Source of the DNA: Phaeosaccion multiseriatum
Lineage: Eukaryota > Protista > Ochrophyta, other classes
Length of the DNA: 64,000 nt
Direction of reading: 5' to 3'
Assembly (NCBI GenBank): GCA_965112735.1
Contig: OZ218953.1
Coordinates: forward strand, 1,426,001-1,490,000
Position numbers and translations under genes: made by a program. Shown piece after piece: positions 1 through 12,723 of this stretch; within the stretch, counting starts at the first letter, position 1; each line of letters opens with the position of its first letter. The notes below the pieces were generated by a model. It was not told the DNA's origin. It did no database searches and was given only the letters and a program-made list of their open reading frames with translations.

Positions 1-212
1 CAAACGGGACAAGGCAATCTCTCTCTCTCTCTCTCTCTTCTCTTCCTGCCTCTCTCTCTCCCTCTATCCCGCTTGCCTCTCTGTCACTATTGCTGCATGC
101 AAACAACGACAAGACCAACGACAACATCAACCAAATATCACCACCAAAACACCAACCCCACCCCCCATCCTCCCCACCACCACCACCCGAACCACCCAAC
201 AAAACCGAACAG

Positions 213-2412
213 TACGCGCTGAGGATTTGTTCTGCTGCTGGCCACTCTCGTGCCTGCGTGCACGTGTACCTGGCGCTCGGCCTTTACTCCGAGGCCGTCT
301 CCCTTGCCCTCACCATCAGCGAGGAGCTTGCCAAACAGGCGGCGGATGCAGGAGGGAAGGTGTCTGATGAGAAGCGCAAGGAGTTGTGGTTGGAGGTGGC
401 GAAGCACTCCATCAGTGGATGGCAGTGGAAGGGGCAGAGGGGGGACGCGGATATGAAAAAAGCCCTCGCCATGCTGAATGAGTGCGACTTGCTAAGCGTA
501 AGTATATGTACCTCGCCTCCTCCGCCCACCCCCTCTCTCTCCTCCTCCTCCTCCTCCTCCTCCTCCTCCTCCTCCTCTCTCCTCCTCCCCACTCTCTCCC
601 CCCCACCTCTCGTTGCCTCTCTCCCTCCCTTCTCTCCCTCGCCTCCTCCTCGCCTCTGGTGGGAATGGAGCTCACTCAGTGCACCAACCGCATTCGTTCG
701 TTGGTTCGTTCAATCGAATGAATCGCCGCTCTTTCGCCACTCCCTTCACCCTCTCCTCCCTCCCTCCCTCCCTCCCTCCCTCCCTTCTCTCCCCTCGCTC
801 CACCCCCCCCCTCTTAGATCGAGGATCTGCTCCCCTTCTTTCCAGACTTTGCGGTCATCGACTCCTTCAAGGCGGAGATTTGCAACAGTCTGGAGAGATA
901 CAACAAGAGAATCGAGGTTGGTGTGGTTGATGTGGTGTGTTGGTGGTCAGTTGGTTGGTTCGTTGGTTCGTTGGTTGGTTGGTGTGGTTGGTTGATTAGT
1001 TGCCTAGAGAACCAACAAGAGAATCGAGGTTGGCGTGGTTGATGTGGTTGGTTAGTTGGTTGGTTGGTTGGTTGGTCGGTGTGTTTGGTTGGTCGATTGG
1101 CGTGGTTGGTTGGTTGGTTGGTTGCCTAGAGAGAAACGACAAGAGAATCGAGGTTGGTGTGATTGGTTAGTTGGTTGATTGATTGGTTGGTCGGTTGGTG
1201 TCGTGGGTTGGTTGGTTGGTTGGTTGGTTGGTTGGTGTGGTCAGTTGGTTGGTTGGGTGGTTGGTTGGTTGGGTGGTTGGTGGGTTGCCTAGAGAAAAAC
1301 AACAAGAGAATCAAGGTTGGTGTGGTTGGTTGGTTGGTTGGTTGGTTGGTTGGTCGGTTGGTGTGGTTGGTTGGTTGGTTAGTTGGGTGATTGGTTGGGT
1401 GTGGTTAGTTAGTTGGTTAGTTAGTTGGTTGCCTAGAGAGATACATCAAGAGAATAGAGGTCGGTAGGTCGGTTGGTTGGTTGGTTGGGTTGCTTGTTTC
1501 TCGGGTCTGTGTCTGTGGTACACTGATTCCCTTCTCTCCCTCCCTCGCTCGCTCGCTCGCTCGCTCTCAAGGGTTTCCGTCGTGAGATGGACGAGTACAT
1601 GGAGGGCGCTGAGGCCCTTGAAGCAGAAATGAAGCAGCTCAAGGGAAGGAGCATTTATGTGTCTTGCCATCAGACGTGTGAGCTCTGCGGCGGCAACATA
1701 CTTAACAGCGAGGTGAGGGAGGGAGGGGGGGGCGGGGGGGACTTGGAGGGAGAGGAGTAGATACATAGGTATTAGACAGATAGATGGACTGATACAATTG
1801 TAGGTTAGTTGGGTATAAAGATCGGCTACATCGAGCGTCACCCAGAGACAGATGGCAACACAGCATATAGATACAAAGGAAGGACCTTGCCCACGTGCAT
1901 CAGCACCCCAAACAAAGGGACATGTCCAACTCTTGGCTCAACCCCTCTTGTTCTCACCCTCCTGCTCTACTTACTCTCCACGCCACTGCCCATACCCTAC
2001 CCCTGTCGTAAGCAATGGATACCCTTGACCCATGCAAGACCCCTGCCCCTGCCCTTGTTGCCCCTGTCCCCCAGTTCTATGTGTTCCCGTGCGCCCATGC
2101 CTTCCATGTGCACTGTCTGACTGCGCATGTGTCTCCTCACCTTAGCAAAGGGCAGCTCGAGGCGGTGCATAAGCTCAGAGAGAAGCTCCGGCAAGGCGCA
2201 GCGGTTGGTGATACAGCAGCAGCAGGAGGAGGGGGGGAAGGGCCAGAAGGAGGAGGGGCCGTAAGCTTCAGAGCAGAGCACTACCTCAAGGCCCTGCAGC
2301 AGGAGCTCGATGGGTTGGTGGGGGCGGAGTGCCCGCTCTGTGGTGATCTGATGGTTGATAGCATTGACGTGCCTCTCACGCTGCTTGCCAATGGAGCAGG
2401 GGGAGGAGGAGG

Positions 2413-2447
<35 letters not shown>

Positions 2448-2551
2448 CAGGAGGAGGAGGAGGAGAGGCAGGAGGGGGGGAGGGGGAGGAGGGGGAGGAG
2501 GAGGAGGAGGAGGAGGAGGCAGAAGGAGGGGCCGCCGAGTGGGCGCTGTGA
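213..2551 (+). CDS. VPS18: Vacuolar protein sorting 18 (HOPS/CORVET subunit), 3' part; 5' end lies before the window
   Basis: Exons 213-497, 818-916, 1572-1712, 2075-2551 (GT-AG) join to give YALRIC..RKELWLEVAKH..LLSIEDLLPFFPDFAVIDSFKAEICNSLERYNKRIE..CELCGG..FYVFPCAHAFHVHCL..ECPLCGDLMVDSIDVP, the Vps18/Pep3 clathrin-repeat plus C-terminal RING region. Confidence 0.93.
890..1490 (+). repeat. (GGTT)n microsatellite containing four degenerate copies of the VPS18 exon end plus 5' splice site
   Basis: The motif ct(g/a)gaga..caacaagagaatcgag|GTtgg occurs at the real exon end (donor 917) and again with donors at 1029, 1153, 1316 and 1460, separated by GGTT repeats. Confidence 0.9.
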
Positions 2552-2731
2552 AGGGTTGGGCGGGAGGGGAGTGGAGGTGGCGTGGGAGAGTGGCGGGCTG
2601 ATGTCAAGAAAACGATGTCTCTGGCCCCCAAAGCTTAATGTAATTATGTAAGTCGTGCTTCGCTTACAAAACGATACTCGTTCTTCACCACACGTACAGC
2701 AGGGCAAAGCGAACTTTCCTTCATCTGTCCC

Positions 2732-2773
<42 letters not shown>

Positions 2774-2865
2774 CACTGAAACGTCAATTCAGCATCAGGC
2801 TCGTTGTCCTCTTTGCTGAGGCAAGCACGCTTGCCTACTCAGAGAGCTGGCTGCCCTTGTGGCTT

Positions 2866-5800
2866 TCAAGTGCTGGCTGTGGCTGTACGACCAACTAGTG
2901 TGGCTGTGGCTGTACGACCAACTAGTGTGGCTGTGGCTGTAGATATGCCTGTGGCTGCGGATGAGGCTGAGGCTGGGGCTGATGCTGATGCTGATGCTGA
3001 TGCTGATGCTGATGCTGATGCTGATGCCGAGAAGCGCCGGAGCAAGTCAGCGTGATCCTCCAGCTCCGCTGCCACCCGTCCCCGGGGGGTCAGCCTCCGG
3101 GGGGTAGAGGCGGCAGCGGTAGCAGTCTCGGGGTCTGCCGCCGCCCACTCTCGCACCAGCTTTATGAAGACACCTTCCTCCCCTCCCTCCTTCCCTCCCT
3201 CACCTCCCTCCTTCCCTCCCTCTCCTCCCTGCAGCCCTAGCACAGCGGCCTCTCTCAGCAGGCAGTTCAGCACGTCACGGGGGCTTGGCGTGAGGAGGGA
3301 ATAGCCACTCTGCTGCTGCTGCTCCTCCTCCTCCACGTCCTCCTCCTTCTCCTCCTCGCAGCACACACGCGCGAGAAGAGCGGTGATCATGCTCGCAAAG
3401 TCGAAACTGAAACTGCTAGTGGTGGTGGTGCTAGTGCCCGTGCTTCTGCTGCTCCCAGCTCCATCCCCATCCCCGCCCTCGCACCCTCCGGAAGAAGGCT
3501 GCTGCCCTTGCGCTTGCCCTTGTCCTTGCTCTTGCTCTTGCTCTTGCTCTTGCTCTTGGCCTTGGCCTTGGTCTTGATCTTGCTCAAGTGGGGACAGGAA
3601 GTGGAGCAGCAGGGACAGGGTCTCAAGGGCCCCCAATTGCACCGCCTCACTCTCCCTCGCCTCGTCCAACAGGGACAGCACGGCGGGGTACACAAGGCCT
3701 GCCAGGCGGGTGCTCGCAGGGGACTGGCACTGGCGGCCTTGCCCTCCTGTATCACCAACTGCTGTACAAGGTGCGGAGAGTCGTGTGTTGTCCGTCACCC
3801 TTGGTGAGGAGCTCAGCTGCAGAGCGCTCCTCACGGCGGCGAGGGCAGACACTCGGGCTTGTGATAAAGCCGTTGGTGATACGGCAGGGAGGGGAAAGCC
3901 TCGCTTGTCTGAGAGGTACGAGGAGAGCACGGCCATCACCTGCGCCATGCCGGCCTCTGGTACCACCAACTGCTGTACCACCTCCTCCTCCTGCTGCTGC
4001 TGCTGCTGCTGCTGGTCCACTCTCCTCAAAGTCCACGCTAAGACCGTGCTGAGGGCCTGAAGGCGGGGAGGAAGAGGAGCAGGAGGGGCGCCACTCGAGG
4101 AGGAGGAGGAGGAGGGCGCCGTCCATGTACCAGTTGGTGATGGAGCAGCGTACGCGGAGTCACAGGGTAGAGAGGCGAGCAGCGCCAACAGCCGAGGAGC
4201 CTGCCGCAGCGCTGCCTCGTTGTCAATGTCAAGCCCATGCGTTGGCGATACAGCAGGCGAAGAAGGCGAAGATGATGATGATGATGATGATGAAGCGGAG
4301 GAGTGCTCGTCTGCCCCACAGAGAGCTGTCACGCCCCTCGCCACAGCAGCGAACGCCTCCCCGCCTCCGGAGCCGCCGGCCGACAGACCACCGTCACCTC
4401 TACCACCACCACCACCACCACCACCACCACCATCACCATCACCAGCTCCCCTTCCACCTCCGCCCTCACTTCCCGCGCTGGTCTCTGCCTTTCCCTCTTC
4501 CTCTCCCTCCTTTCGGCCGTGACCGCCGAAGCAGCGCACCTGCATCTCCCAGCTTTCCACAAGTCCGTCCACACGATTCAAAGAGTAGCCCCCCCCCTTC
4601 CCCTTCCCCTCCGCCCTCCCCCACAATCCCCTGGCAATAGCAGGGCGGGCCAGCAGGGCGTCAAGCAGCAGCTGCTCCGGACTATCGCTAGACCAGGCCG
4701 GCCCCGCGGGGAACATGTCCAGCAAAGAGTCAAGCAGTGCGGGCGCGTGTGCCTTCAACATGTCCTCCTCCGAGTGCGCGTCTGTAACCGTCGTCAGAGC
4801 AGTCAAGCACCGCTGCACACGCGCCGCCTCCTCCTCCTCCTCCTCCTCCTCTTCCGCCTTCTCCCCCTCCCTGCGGCTGCCTACTTTGCCCGTTCTGCCA
4901 GCCCCGCCGTCGCTCTTGGTCCTCATGGCCATCCTCTCGCACAGCAGCAGGTACCTCACACAGCCCCTGAGCTTGGGCGTGAAGCTCACGAGTCTGCCAT
5001 TGGCCTTGAATTGCAGTGTCTCCAGTGCCTGCTGCCCGCCCAATTGACTGAGCGAGGCCAAACACACCTCAAGCAACCCCAGCATGGCCACACGCACAGC
5101 CGTGTTGTCAGTGCCAATACTGCCGACACCACCCGCTCCATCCATGGCACCGGCGCCCAGCAGCAGCGGCGGCGCTTCCCGCCCGCCCTCCTCCAACAGC
5201 CGCACTCCCTCTCCTCCTCCTCCTCCTCCTCCTCCTCCTCCTCCTCCTCCTCCTCCTCCTCCTCCTCCTCCAAAGAGCGTCTCTAGCAGCTGCCCCAGCC
5301 GTGGGGCCATAACCTGCGGTGCTGTGCCCTCCACAAACTTGGCCAACACAAGCAAGAGAGCCCTTCTCGTCTCTGGGGCGACCCCGACACAGTCCACCAC
5401 TGCCGCTTCCCCTGTAATGCGAGGCAAGGTGTGAGGGAGGTACGCCTCCGGCAGAAGGAAGCGACCGACGAGCTCACAGCACTCCAGGAGGGTGGCGAGG
5501 AGGGCGTTGTCGTTCTCCGACGCGGCGAGGGATACAGCCGTCTGGTTGGGGAGAGGGGTGGAGAGAGGGCAGAGGGGGGACAGAGAGAAGGTTGGGAGAG
5601 AGGGGAGAGAAAGGAGGGGGAAGAGAAGCCGCCACCGTTGAGCACTTTGCAACACACCGTTGCGGTCACGTGCGACAAAGAATGAAGTACTTCTTCCACT
5701 CCCCTACCACCCCCACCATCACCCCCTCACCCTCTCGTGCCGATCACACCCCCCTCCTTCACCTGCAGGCGCGGGATGAGTTCGTGCGTATCCACCGTCA

Positions 5801-8473
5801 GTGACTCCTCACAGTACACAAGCACGGTGCGCAACAGCCGGGCGGACTGCAGCCTTGTCTTGCTGATCCAATTACTGAGCTCAGCCAGAAGGGGCTTGAA
5901 GAAACGCTTGACGTTACCCCGAACATAGAGGCGTGTACCGATGCGCGGGCGGGCGTCGAAGGGCGGAGGGAGGGGCTTGGAGTGATTGGCCCTGTTGCAA
6001 GTTGGCATGTTGTTGTCAGTTTGTCGTCATGTGTGAGTGAGCTAGTCACTGAGTTCCGTATCAGTCAGTTGGCCCGTTAGCCAGTTCAAGTTTGTTCACT
6101 GTCAGCCACTCTCTGTCTCTGGCTCTGTGGCTGCGTCCTGCTTCCCTCCCCACTCCTCACGCCCCACCCCTCTCCCCTCTCCCCTCTTCACCCCTCCACA
6201 CCCACCCACCCACCTACCCACCCACCCACCCATCCACCTTTTGACTTACTACCCACCCATTGACTTACTACCCACCTGGAGTCGCCATCCACCCCAAACT
6301 GGCGCCGCTCAATGACGTCATCAGGATGCTCCCTCTCGTACTCCTCCCCACATGTTCCCAGCGCCGCAAGGGCCACTCCAGACACTTCTTCCGAGTCGTC
6401 ACCGACCGCATTGAGCAAGTACGGCAGCAGTCGTGTCTGGTGGTCGTAACGGTCTCCTAACGTTGTGATCCATTCTCCCAGCATCTTCACCACCTCCAGC
6501 CGGACCCTGACCACGCTGTCTGCTGTGAGGTCGGCAAGGTAGTTGTAGCTCACGTCCCCCTTGCCGTAGAAGGCTGCCACGGGGAGAACGTTCTCTTCTC
6601 GGAAGCCTACGAGGTCGGTGATAGCGCTCGTGCCTGCGCCCTTGCACTTGGCCCGGTCTGGGACCTGTTTTGGGCAGTTTTAGTGAACAATGTGTGTGTG
6701 AGTTTGTGTGTGTGTGTATGCGCGTGTGGCGTGGGCGGAGGGAGGGTATATATATATATATATATATGTGTGTGTATGGAATGAGGAGTGGGCCAAGTAG
6801 CTAGGTCGGCAGGCTGATGGATCAGAATCAATCCTCCACGACCTCCCCCCCCCCCCTCTTCTCCCTCCATCCACGCACCCCACCCACCCCACTCACTCAC
6901 TCACTCACCCACCCACCCTTCTCCTTCCCTTTCCCTTCTCTTACATAACTCTTACATGACCCTTACATAACCACCCACCGACCCCTATCCTACCCTCACC
7001 TGCACGAGCTTCCACAGCGCGTTGACTGCCGCGAGGCGGACCTTGGAGCGGCGGTGGCGTAAGAGAGGCAGCACCGCCCTCACCAGTCCCACGGCATAGT
7101 ACTTCATACCCAGCTCGAACTGGGGGTGAAGGGCCAAGCAAGCCAAGAAATCGCTGGCCTCGGCCTTGAGAAGGGGGAAGGCGTCGCGGGTTTGACTCTG
7201 GACGTAGAGAATGAGGTCGTCAAAGTACGGTCGGAGCACGGCTGCTGCTCCTCTCTGGGCCAAGCTGTCGAAGAGGGTGCGTACGAGCTGACAGAGGAGC
7301 AGGCGCATCTCTTCACTTGGCTCCAGAGCGGTGGCTGCGAGCTGAGCAGAGCGAGAGTCGCTCTTGTCTTGCCGCTCCACGGCCTTGCCTCTCTTGAAGG
7401 CTGCGTGCGCCTCTGCGTTGTGCACAAATATGAGCAGCTCGGTGTCGAAGCTGCCTCCCTGAGGCAAGCCCCTCGACAGGATGACGGGGAAGAGGTAGGC
7501 TAGGTGTGGAGTGAGATCCGTCACGTGACGCACAAAGAGCCGAACGGAGCGGATGGCGTGCCCTCTGCAGGCCTCGCACGGGTCCACCATCGCTCTAAAC
7601 AGGGGCTTGGCAAGCTCTGCCAGCAGATCGGATAGCACCTCGGGTCCGTCTTGTTGGCGTGTTGTTACTATGCTATCAAGGCCCTGTTCGATGGCGCTCA
7701 ACGCCCTTCTCCGGTCCACGATGTTGGTGGATGGCGCCAGTCTTTGGATGTCGCGTTGCCACCGCCGGAGCAGCTCCACAGCAACTTCTTCAGGAGACTC
7801 TATCGCTGAATGGGGGGGGGTGCGTGGCGCAGGAGAAGGGCAGAAGAGAGGGGAGAGGGGGCAAACGGATTAAATTAACATTTTTGTGGAAGTATTGAAT
7901 AGAGGCTGTGGAGCTTTGGTTCATCGTGTTCCCCCTTCTCTGTCTCTGTCTCTGTCTCTTTCTCTCTCACCATCCAAGCTGTGATCTATCGGGCGCTCAA
8001 CCGTTGCCGGGGGCGCTACTGCTTGGAGGGAATCGCTTGGAGAGGTCTGCGGTTTGGTTGGAAAGCACAGTGAATGGAGTGAGGGGAGATGGGTGTGAGG
8101 GTCGCGTTGTGAAGTCCTCGTTAATAGTTCTACCGCTGTTACTCTGCAACTGCTGCTCCTCTATTGCCGCTGCTTTGACAACAGGGCGTCTCACCTTTCC
8201 CATGTCCGTCGTAGAGCGCGACTCCAGGCCGCGCTTCCTCTGCTTCTGCTGCGCCGCCGTCTTGGCAGAGCCTTGCCAGGGCTGAAGCTGAGGGTCCAGG
8301 TCCTTGCCCCTCTGCGTGGCGTGGTGGCCCTGTTGCATTAGCCGCTGAAGCTTCTTCTCCATCTTCTTCTTGCTACCTTTGCTCAAGCTGCCTGCCGCAG
8401 AACCCTGCTTATCCTTCCCCGACTCGCATGCGCTCCTCTGCATGTCCGCCCATAGACTATCGATGTCCGCCAT
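2866..8473 (-). CDS. DNAAF5: Dynein axonemal assembly factor 5 (HEATR2)-like HEAT-repeat protein with a long low-complexity C-terminal exon
   Basis: Approximate exons 8473-8195, 8045-7970, 7805-6980, 6664-6276, 5991-5764, 5541-2866. Motifs LAKPLFRAMVDPCEACR, EPSEEMRLLLCQL, RHRRSKVRLAAV, VRLEVVKMLGEWITTLGDRYDHQTRLLPYLL and RPRIGTRLYVR match DNAAF5 as recalled. Confidence 0.85.
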
Positions 8474-8771
8474 TGCAGACTATCAGAACTCCTTCGGCCC
8501 TGATCCTTTGTCTCGAGCCAAGACTGGTGTCCCCGCAACCGTCGAGTGACCGACGGAAAATTTGGAAGCGGTGGTGGCAGGGAGCTCTTATCAACGGTCC
8601 AGTGGATCCACGGATGGAACAAGATTACGGCTTTAAAGCTCTCCCAGATTGAGGAGGATCGGGCGGCTGAAGCTGAAGCGCAGGTAACGGCGGTGAACCA
8701 ACGTGCATGCTGTGAGTCTCGACTTGCTTGAAAAATCTTCGTCCCGGGTGGTGCTCATTACAACAGCCGAG
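8474..8771. promoter_or_regulatory. Probable bidirectional promoter between DNAAF5 and NCBP1
   Basis: Divergent start codons about 300 bp apart; inferred from gene geometry only. Confidence 0.5.
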
Positions 8772-10495
8772 ATGTCTGGCTACGGGAAGTATGGGGGCGG
8801 GGGGGGGGGGAGAAGAAACAGGGGGGGGGGGGGAGGAGGGGGAGGGGGGCGGGATCCGAAGGAGCAATGGAGAACGACGTTGCTGAAGACCCTCACCCTC
8901 GTGGGAGACTTTTACTCGCGTAACTCTGAGTCCAAGCCTCTGGAAGACAACGTCCGCAGCCTCATTATGATCCTGGACAAGCAGGGCGTGCTCAAAGGGG
9001 GCGAGCAGACGAAGGACTTTGCCGGCATGATTGTGCAAGCGGCCAGCAGCTTGGGGATGCAGGCTCCGGTGTACGCCTTGCTCACCGCACTGCTGTCCAT
9101 GAAGAGCACTGAAGAGGGAGGTCCCTCTTTCGGCCGCGCTGTGGTCGATGGGGTGTGTGCTTCTCTTACCGGGGCTTTGAACGAGGGCTCCTTCATCCAG
9201 GCCAAGCTGCTGGTGCGCTACTTGGGCGAGCTGGTGAACTGCCAGCTTATTCAGGCACAGGAGTATGGGGACTTGCTCACGGCCCTGACGGAGGGATACG
9301 TTGCGGCAAAGGAAGCCGACGACGAGCACGTGCAGCAGGTATGTCATGTTTTATCTGAGATCAATCTCACCAGACCAAACCAGATCACAACGGCCCAAGG
9401 ACGCGAATGAGTGAAGAAGTAACACAGCGCTGGATGTCCCTCCCCCCCCTCCCCACTGATCCACTCCTGCTATGATATCCCCTCCCTCTCCCTGACAGCC
9501 TTGCAGGGATCTGGTGGCTTACGTCGTGCTCGCCAGCCTCCCTTGGTGCGGTGTGGCGCTCCACAGCCAGTGGATGGCTGGGCTCAATGGGCTCATGGAC
9601 ATGGTGAGAACAAGATTCATGCTGGATGAGTGTAATTGCTTGAGTTTGAAGAAATGAGAGGGGTATCCTCATTCATACCTCACGGCCGAACACGCCAATG
9701 CCCTTGGCCCTACCCACGCCCCCTCTCTCATATTCCTCTCTCTCTCCATCTCTCTCTCTAGATGAGAGAATACATGTCGAGTCGCAAGAGCCTCTTCACC
9801 AAGAAGGGCCTCTTCCCCATCTTCCACGCCTCGGAGGAAGAGGACGAGGACGACGAGGACGGGGAGGGCAAGAAGGACGAGGAGGACCAAGACCTCGTCC
9901 TCACGTCCCCCAAGGCCAAGACCAAGCAGCCCGCGTCCGAGAAGGAGCCCGTGTCGGACGCTCTGGAAAAGCTATGGGAGACTGTAGTCGAGGCCCATGA
10001 CGGCGGCTGGGAGTCAGAGCACTCGGTTCATGCCATTCCCCAGCCCTGGCAGGGGCAACAACAGGCAGAGCTGGAGAGCGTGACGAAGCTATCCTTGCCC
10101 GAGAATGTGATTACAGCCTCCACCATCCCCCTGGAGGTGAAAGGGATGGGCCGGGCGGAGTTCTTGGGGGCCAAGATGCCTCGACACAGGCCCCCTGCCG
10201 AGGCCGTGGCTCCGAGCTATGTGTTGATGCTCATGGGGGAATGGGAGATATTCGGGGAGGATAGTGGGGAACCTGCGGCGTCGGTGTCTGCGGAGGGGAG
10301 AAGACTCGAAGCAAGGGAGAGAGTGGTAAGTGAAGGGTGTGTAGGTGGGTAAATGATGAGACCGAGGGAAGGAAGGAAGGAAGGAAGGAAGGAAGGAAGG
10401 AGCGAGGGATGGAAGGAATGAAGCAGCAACATATAGACACCACCACCACCACCACCACAGAACAACACCACCAAACGACATCAACGCCACGAAGT

Positions 10496-10571
<76 letters not shown>

Positions 10572-12322
10572 GCAGTAATCATAACTCCAACCATAACTCC
10601 ACCCCAACACAACAACAACCTCAGGTGCTACGGGACTACGTCAAGGACATTCTTGCGTGCTTCCACCCTTACATCAAAGACAACTGCAGCGGGATGGTGG
10701 GCAGCTGGGCCACCCTCGCACAGCAGCTCCTCTCCATCGCCAAGCTTGCCCCCGATGGAGCTCACACCGAGTACCTAATCGTCGAGGTGTTACTCAGTGT
10801 CGTGTTGCAGCCGTCTTGTCCCCCGCACCTCTCTATGGTAGCGAGTCGGGCGCTGCTGGAGCTCTGCCGCGTGGGGCCCAAGCTAGTCCCTCCGGCAGTG
10901 GCGTGTGGGACGGAGCTTGTATTTCGAGAGCTGGGAAGGATGGACGCGTCTGTGGCCAACCAATTCGCGGGGTGGTTCGCGAGTCATCTGAGCAACACGG
11001 AGTACCGATGGCCGTTTTGGAAGCATTGGGTGTTTACGGCATCGCTGGAGCAGCAGGACCCGCAGAGAGTGTTTGTGTGCAGTGCGTTGGAGCAGCTTGT
11101 ACGGCTGAGCTATGTGGACCGCATCAAGCAGACGTTACCCGAGGAGATGGCAGAGCTTCTCCCTCCGCCGCCCACGGCCGTCAATGTGTGGGGTGGGGAG
11201 CCTCCCAGCGAGGAAGAAGAAGAAGCAGCTGGTGGTACAGCAGCAGCAGAAGGAGAAGGAGAAGGCGGTAGTGGTGGTGGTGGTGGCGGTGGCAGCAACA
11301 GCAGCAGCAGGGCCGTGTTCGCCGCTGCAGCACAAGTTCTTGAGAAAGTCAGGGCCAAGGAGGGCCCCGAGCGCATGCGAGAGTGGCTGCTGGAGGAAGC
11401 CGACGTGGCCGATGACAACATGGTGTTGGGTCACAGTTGGCGAGCCGGACTCTTGGCCCAGGCTATTGCCGTGTGCGGCAAGGCCAGCCCCAGCCACACG
11501 GTGACGCTGCTGGACCGTTACCTAGACCTGCTCACAGAGATGGCAGGCGACGAGGAGCTGGGGAGAGACAATCAGATGGCCATTCTCGCGGCGGTGGCGC
11601 AGGTGTGGCAGCTTAGCTCGCAGTGGTTCTTGCTGGTGCTGGACATGTTGGTGCGTCGCCGAGTGCTCGCCCCTGCCACTGTGACCCTGTACTTTTTCAA
11701 TGAGGAGAACATGAACGTTGTGGCCTTTACTCCGAGCCTGTGGGAGATGCTCGACGCGGCCATTTTGGCGGAGATTGAGCTTGTGCAGGCTGCAGTGAGG
11801 AGGGTGGACGCGACGATCGGCATGGGAGGAGGAGGAGGAGGAGGAGGAGGAGGAGGAGGAGGACGAGGAGGAGGAACAAGAGGAGCGAAGGAGAAGGGCG
11901 GCGAGGGGGAGGGGGAGGGCCAGGAGGAGGAGGAGGAGCAAGACGCGGACATGGACCAAGACAACAACAGCAATGAGGAGGAGGAGGAAAGTAAGGCGAT
12001 GCTGGCCAGTGTGACGGCGGAGGGGCAGGCGCTCTGCTGCGAGGTGACGCGTATGTTCCACCACGCCCTGCTTTCGGCGGTGACGCAGTACGCAGCGAAC
12101 GGCATGGGCCCTGCTGACTACGAGCAGGATGCTTGGTGGACTACGGTGGTGTCTTGCTTCAAGCACGCGCTCCGGACCTTTGCGGGGGTGAGCTATCCCA
12201 GGCTGTGGCAGCCGCAGGTGCTAGAGAGCATCTTGGGAGGTGGGGGGGTGGGGGCAGGAGGAGAGGGAGGCATCAAAGCTCTGCAGGATATTTTCGCCGC
12301 TGTGCAGGGGGGGGGGTCGTAG
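8772..12322 (+). CDS. NCBP1: Nuclear cap-binding protein subunit 1 (CBP80), MIF4G domains
   Basis: Exons about 8772-9338, 9499-9603, 9762-10325, 10625-12322. Motifs YALLTALL, AKLLVRYLGELVNC, DLVAYVVLASLPWCG, FAGWFASHLSNTEYRWPFWKHW and LVRLSYVDRIKQTLP. Confidence 0.9.
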
Positions 12323-12359
12323 ATGATTAAGACGAGCGGAATGGATTGGTGCGGGAAGT

Positions 12360-12599
12360 GATTTGCGTAAAAATGTGGCCCAAATCGCCTGAAGTAGAGT
12401 TTTTGGACACATGCAGCAAAATGAAGCTGGGAGAAGCGCTATAGCTCTTCGTGTAGCTCTTTGAGATGCCTATCGATCCGTAGTCTTTCGGCTTTCATCG
12501 CTTTTTCCCTTCCCTACTTGTCAGCATTTCTGCAAGAGCACTCCCCCTTGCACCCCGATTTCTAAAAAACGGGCGCTTTGGGCGATTCTTACGCAAATC
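12360..12599. mobile_element. Degenerate MITE-like element (about 240 bp) between the convergent NCBP1 and P5A ATPase 3' ends
   Basis: Left end gatttgcgtaaaaatgtggcccaaatcgcc versus reverse complement of right end gatttgcgtaagaatcgcccaaagcgcc (imperfect TIR of about 30 bp); no clear TSD. Confidence 0.6.
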
Positions 12600-12723
12600 G
12601 AGTGTGAAGACTGTGCGTGTGCGTGTGTGTGTGTGTGTGTGGCTCATCATCATCATGACAGAAATCTAGAGAGCAGCCTCTTCAAAAGAACAAGAAATTT
12701 GGATAGCCGCTCCACCACAACCG

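Noticed and set aside
890-1490. Repeat-spacer appearance resembling a CRISPR array
   Set aside because: Eukaryotic intron; the repeats derive from the VPS18 exon end, the spacers are GGTT microsatellite, and there are no cas genes
10337-10624. Poly-Asn N-terminus of the 661-aa ORF
   Set aside because: It lies within NCBP1 intron 10326-10624
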